DNA of 64,000 bases, taken from contig CAZBTH010000002.1 in NCBI GenBank assembly GCA_964494885.1, positions 29,271 through 93,270 on the forward strand, read 5' to 3'. The DNA is from an uncultured Gammaproteobacteria bacterium (GTDB taxonomy: Bacteria; Patescibacteriota; Microgenomatia; UBA8517). The translations under genes and the position numbers were made by a program. Below are positions 1-11,390 of this stretch, in pieces; within the stretch, counting starts at the first letter, position 1; each line of letters begins with the position of its first letter. A model generated the notes under the pieces. It did no database searches and was not told the origin of the DNA. It was given only the letters and a program-made list of their open reading frames with translations.

Positions 1-2
1 TG

Positions 3-1283
3 GCCCCCGCTGTTTCATTTATAGCAATGCCAGGTTACATGATCGGCAAAAGTTTAGGGGCATCACAAGTGGGAGCCTTTGCCACATCTTCTTTTTTTGG
101 TGCTGTAAATTTACTTTTGATTTATTTGATTGTCACAAAATTGACAAGTAAGAAACTCGCGGGACTTATTGCAGGATTTGGGTTTTTATTTGCAACACCC
201 GCGTTTGTTTACGCCGTAAGTTTATACCAGCATCACATATCAACATTCTTAATTTTGATGGCGTTTTATGCCCTAATTTCGTGGAATAATTTTTGGTCTT
301 ATGGATTAATTTTCTTTCTCTGCGCAATGTCGATCCCAGTTGACTACCCCAATTTAATTTTAATGTTCCCAATAGGTTTGGCAGCATTTCTTAAACTTTT
401 CCACTTATCCAGTATTAAAAATAAAATTAGCGTAAGAATTAACTACATTCGAATACTTAGCGTATTTTTTGTAATAATTCCACTTCTCTTCTTTATGTGG
501 TTCAACAAAAATTCCTACGGGAACCCACTTCAGTTTTCAGGAACAGTTGGTGGTGTACATGAAATCGATGCGAACGGGAATCCGACCTCTCCAAAGAAAA
601 CTCAGTTTGAAGACGTTACGGCGTTTGTGAACCCGGAAGCTCAGAAAAAAACAGCTACAGGATTCTTTAAATCTAGAAACATGCTAAATGGATTTTATAT
701 CCACTTGATAAGCCCAGACAGAGGTATCGTTTATTTTGCACCCATCATCCTTTTCGGACTTTACGGGCTGTATTTAATGCACAAGAAAGATGAAAAATAT
801 CTTGGTGTTTTGGTAGGCGTAGTTGCAGCTAATATAACCCTTTATTCATTGTGGGGTGATCCGTGGGGTGGTTGGGCATTTGGTTCGAGATACCTTATAC
901 CTAGCTATTCGATAATGAGTATTTTTATCGGCTATGCGCTAACTAATGTAAAAAGAGTATGGATATTTGCAATATTAATGCTTCCGATCATGGTTTTCTC
1001 TACTTCAGTAAACACTCTGGGGGCAATTACATCCAACGCCAATCCACCACAAGTTGAAGCTGATGCATTATCAAAACTTTCCGGTAAAAATGAAAGATAT
1101 TCATTTGACCGAAACTGGGAATATTTGAACAATATCGGATCGAAGTCTTTTGTTTATCAAACATGGCTGAGTAATAAAATTCCAGCGGTTAACTACTACT
1201 ATGTGATAGCGGGCAGTTTGATCACCGTACAAATTTTTATGAATTTACTTCTTATTATTCAATCTCGAAATAAAAAGCAATGA
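3..1283 (+). CDS. Multi-pass membrane protein, GT-C fold glycosyltransferase-like (5'-partial)
   Basis: Frame is open from the window start; many hydrophobic segments; WGGWAFGSRY motif; sits in a glycosyltransferase cluster. Confidence 0.65.
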   Translation, partial: APAVSFIAMPGYMIGKSLGASQVGAFATSSFFGAVNLLLIYLIVTKLTSKKLAGLIAGFGFLFATPAFVYAVSLYQHHISTFLILMAFYALISWNNFWSYGLIFFLCAMSIPVDYPNLILMFPIGLAAFLKLFHLSSIKNKISVRINYIRILSVFFVIIPLLFFMWFNKNSYGNPLQFSGTVGGVHEIDANGNPTSPKKTQFEDVTAFVNPEAQKKTATGFFKSRNMLNGFYIHLISPDRGIVYFAPIILFGLYGLYLMHKKDEKYLGVLVGVVAANITLYSLWGDPWGGWAFGSRYLIPSYSIMSIFIGYALTNVKRVWIFAILMLPIMVFSTSVNTLGAITSNANPPQVEADALSKLSGKNERYSFDRNWEYLNNIGSKSFVYQTWLSNKIPAVNYYYVIAGSLITVQIFMNLLLIIQSRNKKQ

Positions 1284-2179
1284 CAAAAAAGAAAATAACA
1301 ATCGGAATACCAGCTTATAACGAAGAGGCAAATATCGGTCATCTTTTGCACGCACTGATCGTGCAAAAAAGCAAGAACGCGAATATCTCAAAAATAATAG
1401 TTGTTTCGGATTGCAGTTCTGACAAAACGAACAAAATTGTACGAGATCTTAAAGATAGAAGAATAAAACTCATATCAAACAAGAAACGGCTCGGACAGGC
1501 AGAATGCCAAAATATAATTATTAAAAAAGCAAACACCGACATTCTTCTGTTACTCAATGCTGACGTGTTACCCAAATCACATAATTTCATCGAAAATATC
1601 ACCATGCCGATTATTAAAGATGGTGCTGATTTAGCGGCAGCAAGAGTAAAGCCGATACTCCCGTCAACAGTTATGGAGAACATACTATATACGAGTTACG
1701 AATTCAAAAATAATATTTTTGAAGAATTTAAAAATGGAAACAACTTATATACTTGCAACGGGAAGGCAAGAGCTTTTTCAAAAAGGTTTTACAAAAAACT
1801 TAAATTTAAACATAGCCCGCAGGAAGATGCATACTCGTACCTATTCTGTGTAAAAAACGGCTATAACTATATATATGTTAATAATGCAATAGTGTTTTAC
1901 GCCCTACCCAAAAATTGGAATGACCACGCTGGCCAAAGCCTTAGATTTCTTAAAAATAAAAGTTATCTAAATAGCCTTTTTGGAGAGGTATTTGTTGCGG
2001 CCAACTATAAACTTCCGACATTGTTATTTGTCAAAAGCATTAAAAACAGATTTATAAAAAATCCATTGATGTCGATTCTGTATGTATTTGTGTTTTCAAT
2101 AATGAAAATACTTACTTTCTTTGTACCCGAGGATGGGAATATCTGGCATACATCCAAGTCAACTAAATCAATTGTATGA
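1280..2179 (+). CDS. Glycosyltransferase family 2
   Basis: ITIGIPAYNEE, VVSDCSSDKT, LLNAD and QED motifs. Confidence 0.9.
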   Translation: MTKKKITIGIPAYNEEANIGHLLHALIVQKSKNANISKIIVVSDCSSDKTNKIVRDLKDRRIKLISNKKRLGQAECQNIIIKKANTDILLLLNADVLPKSHNFIENITMPIIKDGADLAAARVKPILPSTVMENILYTSYEFKNNIFEEFKNGNNLYTCNGKARAFSKRFYKKLKFKHSPQEDAYSYLFCVKNGYNYIYVNNAIVFYALPKNWNDHAGQSLRFLKNKSYLNSLFGEVFVAANYKLPTLLFVKSIKNRFIKNPLMSILYVFVFSIMKILTFFVPEDGNIWHTSKSTKSIV

Positions 2180-3087
2180 ACAAAAAATTAACAGTAACCG
2201 TGGCAATCAGCGCATTTAACGAAGAGAATAATATTATTCCTTTTATAGAATCTGCACAAGTGCAAAAGGGCGATAATTTTATAATTGAAAAAATACTTGT
2301 AATTAATGACGGATCCACGGATCACACAATAAAAAAACTCAAAAAAATTAAGTCCCATAAAGTGAGAATCATCAATCACGCAGAAAGGGTGGGCAAATCG
2401 ACAAGATTAAACGAAATATACAGAGAACTGAAATCTGAAATTTTAGTACAGAGTGATGCCGATGTTGTTTTTTCCCATAAGTACATCATTCGAGATTTAG
2501 TGGAACATTTTATTGACGACAATACCGTCGGTATGTGTGGGGGTCGACCTACTCCGAAAAAAAGTATTACTTTTACTGAAAAGGCGATCAACTCAACATT
2601 TAATATCTATGACAGACTAAGGCCAATAATAAATGGTGGACATAACATGCTTTCCGCAGATGGAAGACTGCTAGCATATAGAAAGGGACTAATCAAAAAG
2701 ATCAGGATACCTGGAGACATGATTGCAAACGATCTTTATACATATTTCTGTTGCATCTCCGAAGGCTATAAATATGATTTTGTTAAAACTGGCGTTGTAT
2801 GGTTTCGATCGCCACAAAATTTACACGACCACCTTAGACAAAATACCCGATTCATCGCGGCCAGAACTAGAATGTTAAAATATTTTCCTGAAAGTCTTGT
2901 AAAAAAAGAATTGCGAATTCCAAAAGGTGAATTTTTATTAAGCAGTATCCAAGAAGTCCTGAGACACCCCGTCCTATGTCTTTATATTAAGGCAATAAAT
3001 TTATACATAAGTGCCGAGTCGACAAAGGTAGAAAAAGAGCTAAATTCTGCCTGGCCAATGGCAATATCAACCAAAAATCTTTATTAA
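2176..3087 (+). CDS. Glycosyltransferase family 2
   Basis: AISAFNEE, NDGSTD, SDAD and QNTRF motifs; ATGA overlap with the upstream gene. Confidence 0.9.
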   Translation: MNKKLTVTVAISAFNEENNIIPFIESAQVQKGDNFIIEKILVINDGSTDHTIKKLKKIKSHKVRIINHAERVGKSTRLNEIYRELKSEILVQSDADVVFSHKYIIRDLVEHFIDDNTVGMCGGRPTPKKSITFTEKAINSTFNIYDRLRPIINGGHNMLSADGRLLAYRKGLIKKIRIPGDMIANDLYTYFCCISEGYKYDFVKTGVVWFRSPQNLHDHLRQNTRFIAARTRMLKYFPESLVKKELRIPKGEFLLSSIQEVLRHPVLCLYIKAINLYISAESTKVEKELNSAWPMAISTKNLY

Positions 3088-3090
3088 ACT

Positions 3091-4746
3091 ATGAAAAAAA
3101 ATACTAAAAACAAAAAATCAAAAATAGTAATAAACCCCGAAATTACCCTTTCTGTCAATAAAAATTTACTATTATGGACTCTTGGTTTTTTTGAGAAAAA
3201 GCTATTTTTTATTGTTTCCTTAATTTTGACTTCAGTTTCTGTTTATTTCTTTGTTTATTACTTAAACAACAAACTTGGACTTAGCTATAACGATGCCAGA
3301 AGTCATTTGGACATTGGCCGGCGCGTTGTAGAGGGACTAAAACCGGGACTTGCCCAGTTGGGAAGTGTTTGGCTGCCGTTAAACCACATATTAATGATCC
3401 CATTAGTTTGGAGTGACTGGGCTTGGCATTCTGGTTTTGCCGGAGCATTTTGGAACATGATCAGTTTTGTAGGCACGGGTCTTGTTATTTACAAAATTCT
3501 GGAAAAACTTAGAGTTGGTTACTTAGGCCGAATAATGGGCGTAATCGTCTTTGCGGCAAACTTAAATATTCTATATTTGCAGTCCACCGCCATGACCGAA
3601 CCAATTCTTTTGGCAACAATGACCGCGGGTTGTTATTACCTTATTCTTTGGGCGGAGAACGACAACATTCTGAATCTTATTAAGGCCTCTTTTTGGGTTA
3701 TGCTTTCGACATTGGTTCGATACGACGGCTGGTTTTTGCTTTTGTTCGCCGCGGCAATTGTGGGAATTACTACTTGGGTCAAAAGGGGATACCGCGTAGC
3801 GGAAGGCCTTTCTGTTTTATTCCTGACAATGGGCGCTTTGGGAATAGTTCTTTGGTTTGGATGGAACGCCGCTATTTTTAAAGATCCTTTATATTTCGCT
3901 CTTGGTCCATTTTCCGCCCATGCCCAACAGCAACAAATGCTTGAGGCAGGAAGCTTACCCACAAAATGGAACATGCTTCTTTCGACTCAACTTTATTTCT
4001 ATTCAATCCTTTATAACTGCATCGCCTTTGTCGCTATTTTAGGATTTTTGGGAGGGATATTTCTTTGGCTGGACAAGAAAATCAAAGGAGCCGTTCGGTT
4101 CGCCACGGTCTCACTTATGGCCCCATTGGTATTTAACATTTTGTCCCTGTTTTTGGGCTTTTCCGTGCTGTTCGTTCAGGGAATATCGGGTAACACCTGG
4201 TTTAACATTCGCTACGGAATCATGATGATGCCAGCATTTGCCGTATTTATTGGGTACCTGGTCGGGAAACTTAAAGATTTAAGGTGGGTGATAATCGGAC
4301 TATATATATTTGTTATGTTCTTTGCCTTTGCCAACGGCGATGCGGTTACGATTGATGACGCGAGAGTGGGAAGTTCTCAGAAAAATGTCAGCGAAGTTGC
4401 AGGGTTTCTTTATAAATCGGCAAAGGATCAAAAAGGATACATTCTTATTTCAGCAGCCTCTCACGACGCTATTATATTTTCGTCCAATCTTCCTATGGCT
4501 CGTTTCATTCACGAAGGAACGGGTGGTTATTGGGAATCGGCAACGCTACAACCCGACAGATGGGCCCGCTGGATTGTAATGAGAACATATGACAATAACG
4601 ATTTAACTTATAAATTTGTGAGTAAAACCACGGGGTTTGCAAAATATCATTTGGTGGATTCTTATCCATTTGCCGATGTATACGAAATTGACGCGAAGTA
4701 TCTGGATCAACTCAACTACACTCCAATACTCGGAAAGCAGAAATAA
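3091..4746 (+). CDS. Membrane glycosyltransferase (GT39/GT83-like, GT-C fold)
   Basis: Many transmembrane segments; SYNDARSH, VWLPL, MTEP and RYDGW motifs. Confidence 0.7.
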   Translation: MKKNTKNKKSKIVINPEITLSVNKNLLLWTLGFFEKKLFFIVSLILTSVSVYFFVYYLNNKLGLSYNDARSHLDIGRRVVEGLKPGLAQLGSVWLPLNHILMIPLVWSDWAWHSGFAGAFWNMISFVGTGLVIYKILEKLRVGYLGRIMGVIVFAANLNILYLQSTAMTEPILLATMTAGCYYLILWAENDNILNLIKASFWVMLSTLVRYDGWFLLLFAAAIVGITTWVKRGYRVAEGLSVLFLTMGALGIVLWFGWNAAIFKDPLYFALGPFSAHAQQQQMLEAGSLPTKWNMLLSTQLYFYSILYNCIAFVAILGFLGGIFLWLDKKIKGAVRFATVSLMAPLVFNILSLFLGFSVLFVQGISGNTWFNIRYGIMMMPAFAVFIGYLVGKLKDLRWVIIGLYIFVMFFAFANGDAVTIDDARVGSSQKNVSEVAGFLYKSAKDQKGYILISAASHDAIIFSSNLPMARFIHEGTGGYWESATLQPDRWARWIVMRTYDNNDLTYKFVSKTTGFAKYHLVDSYPFADVYEIDAKYLDQLNYTPILGKQK

Positions 4747-4764
4747 TTAGGTTAGAATATAAAT

Positions 4765-6018
4765 ATGCCGAAGATTAATATTAAAATATTAGTAATTATA
4801 TTCCTAGTAACCGTAATTGGATTTTTTTCTCTTCAGTGGCGTAAAAATACATTGGACTTGGCCAACAAACAGATTTCTTTTTGGCAAATGCAATCAGTCG
4901 ACACCGTCAAATATAGTAGAGACCTTGCCAGACAGTATGAAAAAGACACAAGTTATGATAAAGAGATAGATCTACAAGTTAAATCAATAGCAAGTAGCGG
5001 TGCCAATTTTGTTGCTATAGGTACCCCGTACGATAAAGAATTTGTTCCTTTCTTAAAAAGATGGGTCGATTCTGCCCGTAAATACGGCCTAAATGTTTGG
5101 TTCAGGGGAAACTTTTCGGGTTGGGAGGAATGGTTTGAATACCCGGCAATTACCAGAGCGGAGCATGAGAAAATGCTTAAACAATTTATTTTGGATAACG
5201 GAAGTTTATTCCAAGACGGCGATGTTTTTACTGCCTGCACCGAATGCGAAAACGGAGGACCCGGGGATCCGCGCCAAACAGGTGACGCCTCGGGACACCG
5301 ACAATTTTTAATTAACGAATACCAAATAGGGAGAAATGCTTTTTCCGAGATCGGCAAAAATGTTGCCACAAATTATTTCCCCATGAATGCCGATGTGGCA
5401 AAATTGATAATGAACCCCGAAACAACCAAGGCTCTAGGTGGAATCGTGGTCATAGATCATTACGTACCAACTCCTCAAGACCTGGACCAAGGTGTAACCG
5501 ACTTGGCAGAATCTTCAGGCGGCAAAGTGGTTTTGGGGGAATTCGGTGCTCCTATTCCGGATCTGCACGGAAAATTAACAGAAGCCCAACAAGCCGACTG
5601 GATAAAATCTGCTTTAACACTACTTGCCGATAATAAAAACTTGATCGGGGTAAATTATTGGACAAGCTTTGGCGGTTCGACAGAACTTTGGGACGGGGAC
5701 GGAAATCCGAGACTTGCTGTTTCTGTAATCAAAAATTATTTTGTTCCGAAAGTTATTAGAGGTATTGTAAGCGACGAAATCGGAAGCCCTATAATGGGGG
5801 TCAAAGTATCCGACGGTCTACGCATGGCAAGTACAAATACATTGGGACAATTCTATTTTCCATACATATCAGACAATATCAGTTTGACTGCGTCCGCCGA
5901 AGGATACACTTCCGTTAAAATGAACAACTTGCCAAAAGATAGCCCAATTACAGTTGTTCTTAAAAAACAAAAGGAAGGTTTCTTCTTTAGATTCAGAAAA
6001 TTGCTCCATTCTCTATAG
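4765..6018 (+). CDS. Membrane-anchored glycoside hydrolase (clan GH-A-like TIM barrel) with C-terminal carboxypeptidase-regulatory-like domain
   Basis: N-terminal TM; TECE (acid/base-like); DHY; VLGEFG (nucleophile-like); NYW; C-terminal IRGIVSD..G.PI.G..V. Confidence 0.6.
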   Translation: MPKINIKILVIIFLVTVIGFFSLQWRKNTLDLANKQISFWQMQSVDTVKYSRDLARQYEKDTSYDKEIDLQVKSIASSGANFVAIGTPYDKEFVPFLKRWVDSARKYGLNVWFRGNFSGWEEWFEYPAITRAEHEKMLKQFILDNGSLFQDGDVFTACTECENGGPGDPRQTGDASGHRQFLINEYQIGRNAFSEIGKNVATNYFPMNADVAKLIMNPETTKALGGIVVIDHYVPTPQDLDQGVTDLAESSGGKVVLGEFGAPIPDLHGKLTEAQQADWIKSALTLLADNKNLIGVNYWTSFGGSTELWDGDGNPRLAVSVIKNYFVPKVIRGIVSDEIGSPIMGVKVSDGLRMASTNTLGQFYFPYISDNISLTASAEGYTSVKMNNLPKDSPITVVLKKQKEGFFFRFRKLLHSL

Positions 6019-6064
6019 TTTGACTTTCGTTTTTTAACGTGGTACAATCCCATAATTATTAGCT

Positions 6065-6640
6065 ATGAAGAAAATATTAACCGTTCTATTGTCAGTTTTT
6101 ACTCTTTTGGCCTTCCAACTTGCCTTAATACCTGGGATAGCTTTTGCCGTTAATGACCCCGTTTTCCCTGCCTGTGCCAACCCCCAAGGAACATTGATCG
6201 CCTCATACGACAACGGCGTCCATGGAATTCCCGGCGACACAGGCACCTACAACGGAAGCGATAAGGTGTATAGCGTAACAGGAGATACCCTGATTCAATG
6301 TTTTTGCGCAGTAAATGGGAACGGGATCCAAACAAACTGGTGGAAAGTATCCTCACTTAGCCAAGATCAAATTGACGTTCTTAAATCTGAGGGGTGGACA
6401 TTTGTTCCCAACGGAATCGCCTGGGGGCTTGAAGACAGCGCCTACATGATTAAAAATGCAGGATATTCATGTGGAGGGACGGGTAACGGCGGATCAAACT
6501 CAAACTCCTCATCTGATTCCAATTCTTCAACTGGACAGGTTTTAGGTTTGGCATTCACGGGAAATATTATTTTTGTCTTTGCCTTTTTGGGGTTTGGGAT
6601 CTCTTCTCTTCTTCTCGGTCTTTATCTAAGTAGAAAATGA
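6065..6640 (+). CDS. Secreted protein with sortase sorting signal (LAFTG)
   Basis: Signal peptide, Ser/Gly-rich linker, then LAFTG + TM + basic tail; adjacent to a sortase. Confidence 0.75.
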   Translation: MKKILTVLLSVFTLLAFQLALIPGIAFAVNDPVFPACANPQGTLIASYDNGVHGIPGDTGTYNGSDKVYSVTGDTLIQCFCAVNGNGIQTNWWKVSSLSQDQIDVLKSEGWTFVPNGIAWGLEDSAYMIKNAGYSCGGTGNGGSNSNSSSDSNSSTGQVLGLAFTGNIIFVFAFLGFGISSLLLGLYLSRK

Positions 6641-7332
6641 AGCTCCCCAACACACACAACAGAGTATCTTCTCCCAAACTTCATCGGGAGCGAAATCCCT
6701 CGCGCCGCCGGCAAAGCCTTTGGCGACGCACGGCCGAAGCGAAAAAAATTCGCTTACCCACAAAGACTTTAAGCCCGAGGTATTCGCGAAGGGGGATGAA
6801 AACTACCGGAAAGGTCTTAGTTTTTCTTGGTCTTATATCAACTATTTTCGGATTATATCTGGCTTGGCAGAGAATCAATCCCGAAAGAATCTCCTTTAAT
6901 ACCCCTAAGTTTGACTCGCCCAATTTACAAAAGAAAACTAACTTAACGCCTATCGAAATTAAGATGGGGGAGCAGAGTATTGATTTGCCGATTTACCCTG
7001 CATCTATAAACGGTACGTCCTGGGAAACAACAACTAAAGGCGTCTCCTATTTAAAAAACACGCCGACTCCGGGAGAAATCGGAAATAGTGTCATGTATGG
7101 TCACAACTGGACCAATCTTCTCGGCCCGTTGGTCCGGGCAAAACCCGGGCAAAAAATAGAGATTACATATAGTGATGGAAGTAGAAAAAATTTTGAGATT
7201 ACTTTTACGCAAACCGTCTCCCCCGATCAAACATTTATTCTAAATAACACCAACGACAGAAGAATTACTATTTATACATGCACAGGATTTCTTGATAGTA
7301 AAAGATTTGTGGTCGTAGCAACCCTGATATAA
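6637..7332 (+). CDS. Sortase (class D/E-like); true start may be 6796
   Basis: PGEIGNSVMYGH, ITIYTC and downstream R form the catalytic triad pattern; TM anchor. Confidence 0.9.
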   Translation: MKLPNTHNRVSSPKLHRERNPSRRRQSLWRRTAEAKKIRLPTKTLSPRYSRRGMKTTGKVLVFLGLISTIFGLYLAWQRINPERISFNTPKFDSPNLQKKTNLTPIEIKMGEQSIDLPIYPASINGTSWETTTKGVSYLKNTPTPGEIGNSVMYGHNWTNLLGPLVRAKPGQKIEITYSDGSRKNFEITFTQTVSPDQTFILNNTNDRRITIYTCTGFLDSKRFVVVATLI

Positions 7333-7411
7333 CCCTTGTTCGGATGTTCCTTGTAAGTTAAAATGACACCCGAGAAGCTGGCTAGCTCATTTAACACAAG
7401 GAGAACACCGA

Positions 7412-7909
7412 ATGAAAAAGATCGTTTTTGTCGTGCTTACCGTGTTGGCCCTGGTCTTAATGCCAACCACCCCCGCTTTCGCAAGCGGCGGATTCAATGA
7501 ATTCGGCTACAACTACAACGCCCACATCTTCGTTGGCTCGGCTGACGGTGTTGACCGCGCGTTGGACGGTGCAGTTTGGGGCGACCCGACTTATGCCAAC
7601 GACCGTCTGGTCATGAAGTGGAACGCGGCCTGGGACGCATGCAACGATAACGGATACGACAATCCGGCTTTCTGCGCGGGCGCATGGACCACCAACCAGT
7701 GGAACGGCATGAATCCTGATGGGAGCCAAAGCAATTGGCATTACAAGATCATCTGGGTCGGCTCATTGGGATCCGCAAGCCCCTATTGGCGCGATGGCGG
7801 TTATTCTGTTTGGGGAAACTACGAAGTCATTCAAGACTTCGGCTTTGACCCCACCGGCCACTATCGCTATGCTCAAGCCCGCCCTGCAGGCCTCGGAAAC
7901 AACCAATAA
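7412..7909 (+). CDS. Secreted hypothetical protein (Trp/Gly/Asn-rich)
   Basis: AGGAG Shine-Dalgarno; signal peptide ending AFA; higher GC than neighbours. Confidence 0.8.
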   Translation: MKKIVFVVLTVLALVLMPTTPAFASGGFNEFGYNYNAHIFVGSADGVDRALDGAVWGDPTYANDRLVMKWNAAWDACNDNGYDNPAFCAGAWTTNQWNGMNPDGSQSNWHYKIIWVGSLGSASPYWRDGGYSVWGNYEVIQDFGFDPTGHYRYAQARPAGLGNNQ

Positions 7910-7913
7910 CACC

Positions 7914-7977
7914 AAAAACAGAGATTTGACGGCCTAAAAACCATCAAATAATGCTAGCCAGCTCCTCTGTTTTTTTT
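7914..7977 (+). terminator. Intrinsic terminator-like structure
   Basis: AAAAACAGAG/CTCTGTTTTT stem with inner ATTTGACGG/CCATCAAAT hairpin and T-tract. Confidence 0.55.
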
Positions 7978-8096
7978 GTTTTAGTATCTCCCCATTGCTT
8001 CATAAATATTGTTGAGGTAGAATCATTTAAGGCTAATTGAGCCTGTTTTTTATGTTCTTAATTATTAACTCTTAGTTATTAATTCTTAATTAACTT

Positions 8097-10724
8097 ATGG
8101 ATATCGGTAAAATTCAACAAACAGAGATAACCACAGAGCTTTCTAAATCATATTTGGATTACGCAATGAGCGTTATCGTTGCCCGAGCCTTGCCGGATGT
8201 ACGGGACGGACTTAAGCCGGTTCACAGGAGAATTTTATATGCAATGCATTTGATGGGACTTCATTTTGTAGGTTCTTCCACAACAAAATCTGCTAAGGTC
8301 GTTGGAGAAGTTTTGGGTAAATATCATCCACACGGAGACATGGCAGTCTACGACGCGATGGTTCGGCTTGCCCAAACCTTTTCGATGCGCTACCCCTTGG
8401 TCCATGGACAAGGAAACTTTGGGTCTGTTGATGGCGACCCGCCAGCAGCCATGCGTTACACCGAGGTTAAACTTGCCAAAATCGCGGACATGATGCTTGC
8501 GGATATGGAGAAAGAAACCGTAGACTTTACGGACAACTTCGACGCAACACTTAAAGAACCGGTTTTTCTTCCCGCAGTTTTACCCAATTTACTCCTTATG
8601 GGAAGCGAGGGAATCGCGGTCGGAATGGCAACAAAAATCCCTCCACATAATTTAACTGAACTTGTTGACGGAATATGCGCCATGATCAAAAAGGGTAAAG
8701 TTATTACCGAGCAAAAGGCACAGGAAGAACAAACAGATTTCGTTATCAAAAAGATCAATCTGGTAGCTTCAGGCGGGTCCAAAGCGTTAACTGAGGCGGA
8801 GGTTAATCCGACAGCAGTTTCTTTTGAAAGCGAAATTGATATTGACGAGCTCACCAATATTATTCCGGGCCCGGACTTTCCTACTGGGGGAGCAATTTAT
8901 GATGCCAACGGACTTAAAGAACTTTATGCAACAGGTCGCGGCAAAATAGTTGTCAGAGGAATTGCAGAAATTGTAGAGGGTGTTAAAGGTAAACAGCAAA
9001 TAATAATTAGTGAACTTCCGTATCAGGTCAATAAAAGTGAACTTGTAGCCAAAATTGCCGAACTTGTAAAAGATAAAAAGGTTGTAGGAATTGCAGATCT
9101 TAGAGATGAAAGCGATAAAGACGGTATGAGGGTGGCGATAGATCTCAAACGCGACGCAAAACCAAAATCTGTTTTGAATAATATTTTCAAACACACCAGA
9201 CTTCAAAGTAGCTTCCCTGCGAATTTTGTGGCACTTGTTGACGGCACCCCCCACACATTAAATCTCAAAACAATTCTGGTTGAATACGTTAAACATAGAC
9301 AAAGAGTGGTCATAAGACGTACCATCTTTGAGTTAACGGAGGCCAAAAAGCGAGCTCATATTTTGGAAGGGCTTAAAATCGCATTAGACAATTTAGATGC
9401 AGTAATCAAAACCATTAGAGAAAGTAAAACTCAGGAGGATGCAAAGAAAAACTTAATTGAAAGATTTAAATTGTCCGAAATCCAAGCAACCGCCATTTTA
9501 GATATGCAACTCAGACGCCTTGCGGCACTTGAGAGGGAAAAAATTGAGAAAGAATATGCAGAAATTAAGAAACTGATAGACCAACTTGTTGCGATCTTAA
9601 AAGACCCTAAGCAGGTTTTAAATATTATTGTTAAAGAACTTGGGGAGTTAAAAGAAAAATATGGTGATGCAAGACGAACAAAAATCTACAAAAACCCGCT
9701 CGGGGAAATCAGCGAAGAAGATTTGGTTGCCAAGGAAGAAACATTGATTACAGTCACAAAAACGGGTTATGTTAAACGTCTTTCTGCCACAAGTTACCGC
9801 GCACAGCGTCGGGGAGGGAAGGGTGTAATCGGAATGGCAACAAAGGAGGAGGATGAAATAGAACACATTCTATCGGCAACCACCCACGATACGATATTAT
9901 TCTTTACCAATAAAGGCCGTGTTTTCGGGCTAAAAGCATGGGAAATTCCTGAAAGCAGTAGACTGGCAAAGGGACAGGCCCTTGTTAACTTATTGAATCT
10001 TGAACAGGGTGAAGAAATAAAATCTATTTTACCGCTTTCAAAAGAAATGGGGATTAAAAATTTGGTAATGGCTACCAAAAACGGACTCATTAAAAAAACA
10101 AGTATCGATCAATTCGAAAATTTGAGGGCATCCGGGCTAATAGCAATCAAGCTTAGGGATAATGACATGCTCATTTCTGTTCACCCGACTACTGGCGACG
10201 ACCATATTATTCTTCTTACTCGGAACGCCAAGTCAATAAGATTTCCAGAGACAAATGCCAGGCCCATGGGTCGTGCCACAACCGGAGTCACGGGAATAAA
10301 GATGGACGCTGGGGATGAGCTGATTGGAATGGAAGTCTTCCCAGCAAAAGAAAATATCCCAGCTGACAAAAGGAAAAAGTTCTACCGCGATATTTTGACA
10401 ATTGCCGAGCACGGACTCGGGAAACGTACCCCAATTCATCTTTTCCCTATACAAAAAAGGTCTGGCAAAGGTGTTAAAGCGGCAGTGGTTTCAGCAAAAA
10501 CCGGGGATTTAAAAACAGCCGCAATGGTCACTGAAAAATTTGATCAGGTGATAATTACTTCAAAAATTGGGCAGGTGATTAAACTACCATTGAAAAATAT
10601 TCCCCAACTTGGAAGAGCTACGCAAGGAGTAATACTTATGCGCTTTGCGGATAAAGCAGATTCTGTTGCCGCAGCAGCTGTTTTGGAAAAAGGAGTAGAC
10701 GAAGAAGAAGAGGAAGAGGATTAA
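8097..10724 (+). CDS. gyrA: DNA gyrase subunit A
   Basis: YHPHGD, AAMRYTE catalytic Tyr, GyrA-box QRRGGKG, acidic tail. Confidence 0.98.
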   Translation: MDIGKIQQTEITTELSKSYLDYAMSVIVARALPDVRDGLKPVHRRILYAMHLMGLHFVGSSTTKSAKVVGEVLGKYHPHGDMAVYDAMVRLAQTFSMRYPLVHGQGNFGSVDGDPPAAMRYTEVKLAKIADMMLADMEKETVDFTDNFDATLKEPVFLPAVLPNLLLMGSEGIAVGMATKIPPHNLTELVDGICAMIKKGKVITEQKAQEEQTDFVIKKINLVASGGSKALTEAEVNPTAVSFESEIDIDELTNIIPGPDFPTGGAIYDANGLKELYATGRGKIVVRGIAEIVEGVKGKQQIIISELPYQVNKSELVAKIAELVKDKKVVGIADLRDESDKDGMRVAIDLKRDAKPKSVLNNIFKHTRLQSSFPANFVALVDGTPHTLNLKTILVEYVKHRQRVVIRRTIFELTEAKKRAHILEGLKIALDNLDAVIKTIRESKTQEDAKKNLIERFKLSEIQATAILDMQLRRLAALEREKIEKEYAEIKKLIDQLVAILKDPKQVLNIIVKELGELKEKYGDARRTKIYKNPLGEISEEDLVAKEETLITVTKTGYVKRLSATSYRAQRRGGKGVIGMATKEEDEIEHILSATTHDTILFFTNKGRVFGLKAWEIPESSRLAKGQALVNLLNLEQGEEIKSILPLSKEMGIKNLVMATKNGLIKKTSIDQFENLRASGLIAIKLRDNDMLISVHPTTGDDHIILLTRNAKSIRFPETNARPMGRATTGVTGIKMDAGDELIGMEVFPAKENIPADKRKKFYRDILTIAEHGLGKRTPIHLFPIQKRSGKGVKAAVVSAKTGDLKTAAMVTEKFDQVIITSKIGQVIKLPLKNIPQLGRATQGVILMRFADKADSVAAAAVLEKGVDEEEEEED

Positions 10725-10729
10725 CAAAT

Positions 10730-11388
10730 ATGGCTGATCGTGCAGACATAGACAAAAACATACTTCAAAATAAACCAAAACAAGAAGAAATCCCTTATAA
10801 ATTTCACGGCAACTACACAAAGGAGGAGCTTGGTGTTTTAGCTGATTTTATGCATGCCGAGTTCCCACATATTACATATGGGGGGGGAGAGATAGAAAAA
10901 TCATTATTGAAGTTCCACCGAAAGATATCTGCTCTTTTGATGAATGGAAACAAATTTTAGACACAGTTCTTGCTCCAGAAATAAAAACATTTCACCCAAC
11001 TATTAGAAGAAATCAGGAAATCATTGTTCGTTTTGTGAATAAACTCTGGGACAGAAACAATGCTCTAGAATCAGGTGGAACCGGCATGGGTCACAATGAT
11101 GAGCATTGGTTTCGACTATCAATAAATGGCAAAAGTAAAGAAGATTTAACTTTTTGTTTGATGCACGAACTTGTTGAATATGATTTTTGGGAAAAAACGA
11201 AACCTGGCGACACTGAAGCCGAAGTCAAATCTACAGACGAAATTAATGCTTTCAAAGCAGATGATCTAACTTACCAGAACTTACTTGACGAGAAAATTGC
11301 TAACCGAAGAGCTTTAAAAGCGGTTAGAAGAATGTGGCCTTTTGCTCATTTTGATAATCCGGACATGATCTATGGCGAAGACAAATGA
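10730..11388 (+). pseudogene. Frameshifted gene (G8 tract at 10880-10887), zincin/IrrE-like HExxE motif
   Basis: ORF 10730-10960 and a second frame open 10846-11388 are joined by one extra G; HELVE...EKIANRRA. Confidence 0.6.
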
Positions 11389-11390
11389 AT

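Noticed and set aside
10958-11035. Stop-codon readthrough or alternative genetic code
   Set aside because: The two ORFs are in different frames, and TGA/TAG end conserved genes normally elsewhere
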